Source: an uncultured virus (IMG/VR IMGVR_UViG_3300044732_001058) (taxonomy: Duplodnaviria > Heunggongvirae > Uroviricota > Caudoviricetes). Taken from it: DNA of 64,000 nucleotides. This document shows positions 56,982 to 64,000 of the stretch, piece by piece (the stretch's first letter is position 1; each line of letters opens with the position of its first letter). Location of the stretch: IMG/VR virus record IMGVR_UViG_3300044732_001058, one strand, 5' to 3'. Under the pieces are notes generated by a model, which saw only the letters and a list, made by a program, of their open reading frames with translations, was not told where the DNA came from and made no database searches. A program made the translations under genes and the position numbers.

Positions 56982-58847
56982 TTAAGCTATGAACATAGGT
57001 TCAAAAGTTTCAGTCATATCTTCAACTTGAGTATTATTCATGTCGAAATAAATCTTACACAACCAATTACCTAATACTAATGCTGAGTAACTATCTTTTC
57101 TAGGTTTATCTGGTCCAGACTTACGTTTAAGGTTCGCTGGAAGATCAAAGTTCTGCATACCTTGAGCAGATGTTGTTATTTGTATGAGAGCGCATTCTGT
57201 TTTAGTTAACAATATCATATCAGTTAAATGTTCTACAAAATCAATCATTTTAGCTTCTTCATTTTCTTTTTCAGTGTCTAAAGCGTTAGAGAATTTTAAA
57301 TCTGTAATACCAATACGCTTTTTAGTTTGACTTCTGAAATTATCATCAATAGCTCTACTAGCAAAATATGTACGGCGATGATCAAAATTCGCTTGTAACA
57401 TTTCATTCGCTAATCGTATCCAACCTGAAGTTGGTTTTCTCAAGAAAACGTATTTATAATCTGATCTGTTGTATTCGGTTTTTGCAGAATATAAATTTTG
57501 AGCATATTCTTCGGGTCTTTCAAACTCTGTTACCATTGATTTCAAATTTATTTTAGCATCCTTAAACAATTCGCTTTCATTGCAAGAATTCATGAACTGA
57601 ACGCCGCCGTTATAGTCCATGCAGATCGCTATAATATTAAAGTTCTGCAATAGATATAAGAAATATTTAATATGATCTTTTAAAGAAGATCCAGAGAGAG
57701 CGTAAGAATGAATTAAAGTATTAATTTGCTTTTCTTTATCTATTTTTAAGACTTGAATTGCAAAATCATCTGATGATTCAGTTTCTGACCAAGAAGGATC
57801 TACCGCCAATATATATTCATCTTCTGGATTGCCAACTACCTCAACAGCAGGAAGCTCACCATCAGGAACAGTGCATAACGCCATCTTAGATATTTTAAAA
57901 TAGCCAGAACTATCATCACTAAACTGTGCGCCGAACTCTCGCAAAAACTGCGACTCACTCATTGTCGATTTTGCTTGATTAATTAGATTTTGATCGTACA
58001 ACTGAACTGGAGCGCAGTCATAAGAGAACTGCATAATACAACGCTTAGTCTTTTCTTTGTTTTTAGGGTTAGATATTAGATTTTCATACTGCTCGTATAA
58101 TTTATACAAGTATTCAAATTTAAAAGACGCTGAAGATAATGCTATTAATTTATTGTTAGGCCAGATATACCTATCTTCTTCAGTCATTTCTCCTTTATTA
58201 ATCAATTGGGTTTCAAGATTATAAAGCTCTTCTCTTTGAGTCGGGTTTTGAACGACGGATAAGAAGGGAATAATGACTTCGTTATAAATACGTTCAGGCA
58301 TCAATAAAAACTCATCAATAATAATACGATGAAAACGAAAACCACGAAGCTTTTCGCCATCACCTAATGGCAATGCACGAATGCGGCTTTTACCAATCTC
58401 CATTACCCATTCATCGTTAGACTTGGATATTTTTGTAATACATTGTTTTAAAAGATAAGCTTCAGGTTTAGCAGCGATGTCTTCTATCTTTTTAAATATC
58501 ATTTTTGACTGACGAAATGATCGGGATAATATACCTGTTTCAACTCCTTGATTTAATATAGCATCAAGTACGGCATAAATACCAGTAGTATAAGATTTAC
58601 TCATACCACGCGACCACACGCCTAAAAAATAATCACTTTCCAACATGCCTTTAATAGCCATGTGTTGAAAAGGAAACAGTTTGACACCAGTTATTAAATC
58701 AGTAGCAAAAGTAGTATTGTTGCGAAGAAATTGATAAAACAATAACTTCGCTTCTCGTTCTTCTATATATCCAGGTATCTTCGCTAATTCCTCATTGGAA
58801 ATTAACTGCGATTTCCTTGGTACTTGGTTGCCAATTTCCCAGCTCAT
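56982..58847 (-). CDS. terL: Terminase large subunit
   Basis: LFPFQ, Walker A SRGMSKS, LRGFRF, Walker B IIIDEF, coupling motif LSSAS, RNase H-like LAVDP and KDSYSAL. Confidence 0.93.
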   Translation of the reverse strand: MSWEIGNQVPRKSQLISNEELAKIPGYIEEREAKLLFYQFLRNNTTFATDLITGVKLFPFQHMAIKGMLESDYFLGVWSRGMSKSYTTGIYAVLDAILNQGVETGILSRSFRQSKMIFKKIEDIAAKPEAYLLKQCITKISKSNDEWVMEIGKSRIRALPLGDGEKLRGFRFHRIIIDEFLLMPERIYNEVIIPFLSVVQNPTQREELYNLETQLINKGEMTEEDRYIWPNNKLIALSSASFKFEYLYKLYEQYENLISNPKNKEKTKRCIMQFSYDCAPVQLYDQNLINQAKSTMSESQFLREFGAQFSDDSSGYFKISKMALCTVPDGELPAVEVVGNPEDEYILAVDPSWSETESSDDFAIQVLKIDKEKQINTLIHSYALSGSSLKDHIKYFLYLLQNFNIIAICMDYNGGVQFMNSCNESELFKDAKINLKSMVTEFERPEEYAQNLYSAKTEYNRSDYKYVFLRKPTSGWIRLANEMLQANFDHRRTYFASRAIDDNFRSQTKKRIGITDLKFSNALDTEKENEEAKMIDFVEHLTDMILLTKTECALIQITTSAQGMQNFDLPANLKRKSGPDKPRKDSYSALVLGNWLCKIYFDMNNTQVEDMTETFEPMFIA

Positions 58848-59751
58848 TATCTAAAAAATACTGTATATCTACCTGCCATACTGACTTACCATGATATAAT
58901 AATTTTGGTATAATATCTAAAGATTTGTTTCGACTACCAGTGAATATAAATTGTATATGCCTTGGATATTTATGACATAAAGAACGCATATTATGAAAAA
59001 CGTATTCTAAATTTGTTTTTCTATTGTATTTACGCTGATTTATTAATATGCTACTTATACTGCTTTCAATAACCACAAACAAATAACAATTCAATTCAAC
59101 CGCTTTCACCACTTCTTTCTCAAATCTTTCTATTCCAGAAGCCATAGTACCTAGAAAATCAGATTCGCTTTTTCTATCAACAAATGTATTGGTAAAATAT
59201 TTTTTATCAGCTATTAGATAATCTCCTACAAATATTTTTTCTATTTTAGACTTAGGAAATTCCAACGCATCTTGTTCTCTGGTATCAATCAGTATCGGCA
59301 AATGAGATGCATCAATTTTATTAAAAGCTTCTGGTAAATTTTTGTTATATAAAGGTTCAATATTTAATAGCTTACATGCGTTGGTATAAGAACTAAAATA
59401 CTTCTTATAAATATTTAAACTCGGCAAATCAAGAGTTATCACTTCATTATGAAACGGCGCAAAATGATATTGTTTTTCATCTACCCTCTTTTTTAGCAGT
59501 TCAATGCATTTTGTTTTAACTGTTTCTTCGTTAGATGCAGCTTCCCACTTCAGAAACTCTGTATAATCAAGAAACTCGGTTTCAAAATATTGTTTTTTAT
59601 TTTTAAAAGGTATTTGTTGGCGATAATAAAGAGAGTTTCTCGGATAATACGTGCAATAATACTCCGCTTGATAAAGGTTATGCTTTTTTAAATGGGCATG
59701 AAAAGACTTATCGTTATTAAAAGATTCGCTACAGATTTTACACTGAATCAT
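58792..59751 (-). CDS. C2H2 zinc finger plus ERCC4/XPF-type nuclease
   Basis: CKIC...HAHLKKH; ILIDTREQ, VGDY, VDRKSESDF, FVVIE. Confidence 0.78.
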   Translation of the reverse strand: MIQCKICSESFNNDKSFHAHLKKHNLYQAEYYCTYYPRNSLYYRQQIPFKNKKQYFETEFLDYTEFLKWEAASNEETVKTKCIELLKKRVDEKQYHFAPFHNEVITLDLPSLNIYKKYFSSYTNACKLLNIEPLYNKNLPEAFNKIDASHLPILIDTREQDALEFPKSKIEKIFVGDYLIADKKYFTNTFVDRKSESDFLGTMASGIERFEKEVVKAVELNCYLFVVIESSISSILINQRKYNRKTNLEYVFHNMRSLCHKYPRHIQFIFTGSRNKSLDIIPKLLYHGKSVWQVDIQYFLDNELGNWQPSTKEIAVNFQ

Positions 59752-60818
59752 ATAGCATCTTCTTTAGAAATTCCTAAAATTCTAGCTTTCCATGAAGACA
59801 TATTCTCTAAACGATCAGCTTCCTCCTTAATAGTGCGCTTTTGCATATCGGCAATTTGAATCATCATTTTGCGTTCTTGCTCGTCTTGAAAAAGCTCTAC
59901 AAGGTTAAGTATAGAAGCGTTCTTCTGATGCGTTTGCTCTACTCTCTTGGACCGTTCGCCATTGAGCTTTTGAATACTCTTGTCTATACGCCCAGCGCAC
60001 TGATTGTATTCTTCAGAGATCGTCTTAAGAACCTCAGTTAGACGCATTGTGAAGTCTTTCTGATCTTGCGTCTCATTGAACATATCATTTATCTTATTTT
60101 TCTTAATATCGATCTGTCTTAGATTGATATAGTCCATGCAAACATTAATATACAAATTAATTTCATCAACAGTCAAGTCAGGCTTATCCCAAACAGAGCG
60201 CACGAATTCTGCTTCAAATAATTCTTTATCTATAGAGCTGTTGTATGAGTCATAATTCCCAACGAATCTTGGACTTGATAAATAATTTAATAATTTTTCC
60301 ATCCATTTTCTATGTTGCAAAGATAATTTTTCTTCAGAAATGTTTTGGCCGCACCATTTATTTGCTTTATTGATTACCGTTCTGATTGATCGCGGAACAG
60401 AGTATTTGTCGCCAACTCCAGATTCGTTATCTACAAGATAATCAGGATATTTTTCTTTTATGTATTTTTGAACGGCTCTATACTCAGGTGTAATAAAAAT
60501 ATTAAAGTTTTCAAGGCCCAGAAATTTTTCATGGAATATTAACTCTGTTACTTGCCTAGGAGTTATTCTTGTTTTAATGTTTTGTTCAATAAATTCACAA
60601 TTTTCTTTTGATAGTATTTCTATTGTTTGTGTGGGCTTTGGCTTTTCTTGTTTTTTAACAAATCCAGTTGTTAAAAGAAAGTCTCTAACCAGTTTTGCCT
60701 CTTTAGATCTACCCGTTAAATCTTCACGATTATAAAGTAGATTAGCGAGGACGACGTAATCTTGAATTCCTTCGTTAATCTTCTTTAATATAAATGCTTT
60801 ATTTTCGTCTGTTAACAT
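59748..60818 (-). CDS. Hypothetical helical protein, possible small terminase/packaging factor
   Basis: 356 aa with a C-terminal coiled coil; two genes upstream of terL; function is positional inference only. Confidence 0.4.
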   Translation of the reverse strand: MLTDENKAFILKKINEGIQDYVVLANLLYNREDLTGRSKEAKLVRDFLLTTGFVKKQEKPKPTQTIEILSKENCEFIEQNIKTRITPRQVTELIFHEKFLGLENFNIFITPEYRAVQKYIKEKYPDYLVDNESGVGDKYSVPRSIRTVINKANKWCGQNISEEKLSLQHRKWMEKLLNYLSSPRFVGNYDSYNSSIDKELFEAEFVRSVWDKPDLTVDEINLYINVCMDYINLRQIDIKKNKINDMFNETQDQKDFTMRLTEVLKTISEEYNQCAGRIDKSIQKLNGERSKRVEQTHQKNASILNLVELFQDEQERKMMIQIADMQKRTIKEEADRLENMSSWKARILGISKEDAI

Positions 60819-60819
60819 A

Positions 60820-61533
60820 TTAAGATGAGAATATATCGTTTTCTTTTAATAACAATTGAGCTTTCACATACAACATTTTTTTTAAATTTTTTATTTGTTT
60901 GTAACCAGCTTTTCTTCCTTTTTCGCTTGTTTTAAACTTTAAAACTTGGGCTACTTGATCATCGCTAAGATTGTCTATAAAAAACATTTTATAAATAAAG
61001 AAATGCTTATCTCCTAAATTGCTTTTCATTAAACCGTGAAGTTTACTTTCAGCATTTTTATAATCGTAACTTATACTTGATTCACAATTCATAAAATAAT
61101 TTTTATGATTCTCTAAGCTTACAGTCATCTTGACATCGTAAGCGGATTTTTTTACTTTCTCCCACTTAGCGTATAATGGGCATTCATTACATTGTTTGCC
61201 GCTGGTTGTAAAACCACATGACATTTCTATTCCAGAATCACCTTCTTTATTTTGATTAAATGGACAAGATAAACAAGGACGCGCAAAACTTGTATAATTA
61301 TTTCTTATTATATTTCTAATTTGATTCGTGACTATACGATTCACCCAAGGTTCAATCGCTCGCGATTGATCCCACAGATGCCATTTTTTATATATATGAA
61401 GTTTGATGACTTGCTCTATATCTTCAAAATCAAACCAAGTAATCGCTTTTAACTTCCATTTATTTCTGCGCTTTTTGATTACTTGGTTAATAATCTCATA
61501 CATGTCTTCAAAATTTTTCTTTTTACGATTCAT
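60820..61533 (-). CDS. Phage RNA polymerase sigma factor (sigma70/ECF-like) with a Cys-rich insert
   Basis: Region 2-like DFEDIEQVIKLHIYKKWHLWD...PWVNRIVTNQIRNIIR; region 4-like FFIDNLSDDQVAQVL; insert CLSC...C...CNEC. Confidence 0.75.
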   Translation of the reverse strand: MNRKKKNFEDMYEIINQVIKKRRNKWKLKAITWFDFEDIEQVIKLHIYKKWHLWDQSRAIEPWVNRIVTNQIRNIIRNNYTSFARPCLSCPFNQNKEGDSGIEMSCGFTTSGKQCNECPLYAKWEKVKKSAYDVKMTVSLENHKNYFMNCESSISYDYKNAESKLHGLMKSNLGDKHFFIYKMFFIDNLSDDQVAQVLKFKTSEKGRKAGYKQIKNLKKMLYVKAQLLLKENDIFSS

Positions 61534-61927
61534 CTATGTCTTGTATTGGGCGCGAACTACACTCCTTCAACGACTGACTTAAAAATTCTTCTTTACTTAG
61601 TTTTCTATAATTGGAATTCGGTCTTGAATTAATTCTTTCACTTGGATCGACTGGGGGAGCGTTAAATAAATCTTTTCCTAAATATTTATTACCTGCTGGT
61701 TTTTCTATTTCGTATGAAAGCTTCGATGGTCTAACGAATACAGTGGGAATACCATCTTCATCGACTTCTGTATTTTGTTTGCGAGAGGTAGATCTCGATT
61801 GTAGTGAATTTTGTAAAGTCGGTTTACTGATGTTTGCAAATCCTCCCAAAGAAACCCCACAGTTAGTACAGAATTTAGAGCCTTGGGCATGTTTTGTTCC
61901 GCAACTTGAACAGTAAATATTACTCAT
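61523..61927 (-). CDS. Zinc-ribbon protein
   Basis: YCSSCG.....SKFCTNCG. Confidence 0.75.
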   Translation of the reverse strand: MSNIYCSSCGTKHAQGSKFCTNCGVSLGGFANISKPTLQNSLQSRSTSRKQNTEVDEDGIPTVFVRPSKLSYEIEKPAGNKYLGKDLFNAPPVDPSERINSRPNSNYRKLSKEEFLSQSLKECSSRPIQDIDES

Positions 61928-61937
61928 GGTTATTATA

Positions 61938-62687
61938 TCAATGAATGTTTGTTTTATCTAATCTCTTAAGAGAATGAACGATGTATTTAAGAATTTCACT
62001 ACGCATGATATCTTCTTCATTGAATTCAAAACAATAAATACCTCTTTCTTCGCTGTCTTTATTATTAAACAAATCATAAATTTTCATAAAACCAGATTTG
62101 TTTCCGATGTCTGATTGCATAGCGTCTCCGCAGATAAACATTTTAGTATTCTCGCCAATACGAGTGAGAAGAGTAATCAACTCCTTGCTGCTATAGTTCT
62201 GAGATTCGTCTGCAATAATGATCTTCTCGTTCCATGTAGCACCTCTTAAGAAGTTCACAGGCAAAGCCTCTATAATACCACTAGTTTCAAGATATTTTGA
62301 TTGAGACATGGGAATAAGTTCATCCAACTTATCATACAGTGGTATCATAAAAGGATTAAACTTTTCATCTACAGTTCCAGGCAAAGAACCTAAGCCTCTT
62401 TCTCCAGACTCGACGATTGTTCTAATGTATTTGATCTCGTACTTTGAATTCATATTTAACATATGCAATGCACAATAAACAGCCAAAAATGTTTTAGAAC
62501 TTCCGGCAGGTCCATTAATAAAAACAATTTTAGTATTTTTATCAAAAGCTATTTGAGTAAAACTTTTTTGCTTATCCGTTAAATTAAAATTCTTAATTGT
62601 TAATTTAGTCGATTTAAAACTATTATTTGAGATAATGTCGTTCAGATCGTGTTTTTCTTTTTGAATTTTTTTCTTTTTGATTGACAT
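61938..62687 (-). CDS. phoH: PhoH-like ATPase
   Basis: GPAGSSKT, LGSLPG, FLRGAT, IIADESQN, LLTRIGE, GDAMQSD, DIMRS. Confidence 0.93.
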   Translation of the reverse strand: MSIKKKKIQKEKHDLNDIISNNSFKSTKLTIKNFNLTDKQKSFTQIAFDKNTKIVFINGPAGSSKTFLAVYCALHMLNMNSKYEIKYIRTIVESGERGLGSLPGTVDEKFNPFMIPLYDKLDELIPMSQSKYLETSGIIEALPVNFLRGATWNEKIIIADESQNYSSKELITLLTRIGENTKMFICGDAMQSDIGNKSGFMKIYDLFNNKDSEERGIYCFEFNEEDIMRSEILKYIVHSLKRLDKTNIH

Positions 62688-62700
62688 ACTATAAATAAAT

Positions 62701-62706
62701 TTACAC
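62701..62706 (-). promoter_or_regulatory. GTGTAA motif upstream of phoH
   Basis: 13 nt before ATG 62687. Confidence 0.55.
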
Positions 62707-62714
62707 TATTATAT

Positions 62715-63779
62715 ATGGTTTTTCACTGTTTGAGCGTTCCTTACTCGCCTACTAGAAAAGATGTTTCATTATGTGCTTTTGTGCAAAAGGTTTATAAGTT
62801 TTGCGACGAAATGACTAAAAGGGGTCATACTGTTTATCATTATGGTCATGAAAACTCTATTGTTAATTGCACAGAACATATTAATGTTACTAATAATGAT
62901 ATATTAATTAATAGCTATGGCAACTTAAATGATTGGAAGATCAAAGGTTTTGATCAAAACGTTAATACAAAAGCGGTTAATGCGTTTAATGACAATTGTG
63001 TTACAGAGTTAAAAAAAAGAATAAAATCAAGTAATGAATTTATATTATGCTGGTTTGGGTTCGCGCATGAACCATGTGTTAAACACTTTTATGATAAAAC
63101 TATAGTAGTAGAACCAAGCATAGGTTATGATAGCATGTTCGCGCCAATTAAGATATTTGAAACATATAGTCAAATGCATAAAATGCATGGTCATTCTAAA
63201 ACACATGTTGAATTAGGATGCGAACATATTGTTTATCCCGGCTTTGATCCTGACGACTTCATATACAAAAAAGAAAAATCAAATACAGCATTATTTTTAG
63301 GCAGGATTATAGAAGAAAAAGGCGCACAGCTTGCTTATGATATCTGCAATCATGTCGGACAAGATATTATATTTGCAGGGCCAAACATACTGAATCTTAA
63401 AGAGACTAAACATTGTAAATTTGCAGGATTCGTTGGTCCTATTGAACGAATGAATTTACTAAGCGATGCGAAATTTTTATTTGCTCCTTCGTTGTTTATG
63501 GAGCCATGCAATTGGACAGTTATTGAAGCTCAATTTTCAGGAACGCCCACTATTACAACAAATTTCGGCGGCTTTACCGAAACGGTATTACAAGGAGATA
63601 CAGGATTAAGATGTTCTACTACTAATGATATGATTTACGCCACTCAAAACATAGATAAACTTATCAATCCTGAAAATTGTTATAAAAACGCTAACTCAAG
63701 ATTTACAATTAAACATCAGTGTGATTATTATGAATATATTTTTCGTAACCTATCTTTAACTCAGATAAGTCAGATGTAA
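62715..63779 (+). CDS. Glycosyltransferase family 4 (GT-B)
   Basis: RGHTVYHYG, LFLGRIIEEKG, EPCNWTVIEAQFSGTPTITT..GGFTETV..G.TG. Confidence 0.88.
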   Translation: MVFHCLSVPYSPTRKDVSLCAFVQKVYKFCDEMTKRGHTVYHYGHENSIVNCTEHINVTNNDILINSYGNLNDWKIKGFDQNVNTKAVNAFNDNCVTELKKRIKSSNEFILCWFGFAHEPCVKHFYDKTIVVEPSIGYDSMFAPIKIFETYSQMHKMHGHSKTHVELGCEHIVYPGFDPDDFIYKKEKSNTALFLGRIIEEKGAQLAYDICNHVGQDIIFAGPNILNLKETKHCKFAGFVGPIERMNLLSDAKFLFAPSLFMEPCNWTVIEAQFSGTPTITTNFGGFTETVLQGDTGLRCSTTNDMIYATQNIDKLINPENCYKNANSRFTIKHQCDYYEYIFRNLSLTQISQM

Positions 63780-63999
63780 AAAATTTCTTTTGAAAATTTT
63801 GTTTTGCCATATGTCTTTGATAATTACAATAATCAACGTGTTGTGCGGTTACTTCATTATTTTTAGCTTTATTAACCGCATCAAATGTTAATTCATTAGC
63901 TTTAATCATACTTTCGTATTCTTTTGAATGCATCATGTGCGACCATTTTTCGTTATCAAATTGATTTTGTAAATACACATAACATTTGATCCAAGCATT
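63709..63999 (-). CDS. Hypothetical protein, probably 5'-truncated by the window edge
   Basis: Frame stays open upstream of GTG 63978 (NAWIKCYVYLQNQF...); 3' end overlaps the convergent GT4 gene by 71 bp. Confidence 0.55.
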   Translation of the reverse strand, partial: NAWIKCYVYLQNQFDNEKWSHMMHSKEYESMIKANELTFDAVNKAKNNEVTAQHVDYCNYQRHMAKQNFQKKFFTSDLSELKIGYEKYIHNNHTDV

Positions 64000-64000
64000 A

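Larger units (their letters stand above)
1..64000. mobile_element. Tailed bacteriophage genome segment (virion morphogenesis region), probably a siphovirus
   Basis: Terminase, portal, protease, capsid, tail tube, tape measure and lambda-like L/K/I/J tip genes; dense gene packing; no sheath gene, integrase or host housekeeping context seen. Confidence 0.95.

Noticed and set aside
1..64000. Alternative genetic code, tRNA genes, contractile tail or prophage boundaries
   Set aside because: Genes tile the window under code 11; intergenic gaps are short with no cloverleaf seen; no sheath or baseplate wedge genes; no integrase or att site visible

Overview
The whole 64 kb window is the late (virion morphogenesis) region of a large, AT-rich tailed dsDNA phage (Caudoviricetes, most likely a siphovirus). 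No integrase, tRNA, rRNA or CRISPR array was seen, and the host cannot be assigned from this sequence. Reading right to left on the minus strand come phoH, a phage sigma factor, an ERCC4-type nuclease, the large terminase, portal, prohead protease/scaffold, head decoration protein and major capsid protein. Next is a fibre module: a collar, a 517-aa Gly-X-Y protein, a 3820-aa beta-roll fibre, a beta-propeller and two putative chaperones. An enzyme island follows (FkbM methyltransferase, two glycosyltransferases, sulfotransferase, APS kinase), then an inverted neck/tail-tube block. The window ends with tail chaperones, a 2591-aa tape measure protein, a lambda/T5-like tail tip (M, L, K, I, J) and a partial FN3/C1q-like/Gly-X-Y fibre that runs off the left edge and is missing from the ORF track. 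Four candidates stand out: (1) a PAPS-dependent sulfation plus glycosylation/methylation island beside three Pro-free Ser/Thr Gly-X-Y fibres, possibly a virion-decorating pathway; (2) two PD-(D/E)xK-like cargo domains bracketed by GF(I/V)PNFA repeats inside the tape measure protein; (3) a GTGTAA element 8-14 nt upstream of 11 start codons, three times formed by the upstream gene's Val-stop, with a Cys-insert sigma factor nearby; (4) internally duplicated tube and Dit proteins suggesting a three-fold tail. All functional calls come from motif reading by eye; no database searches were run.
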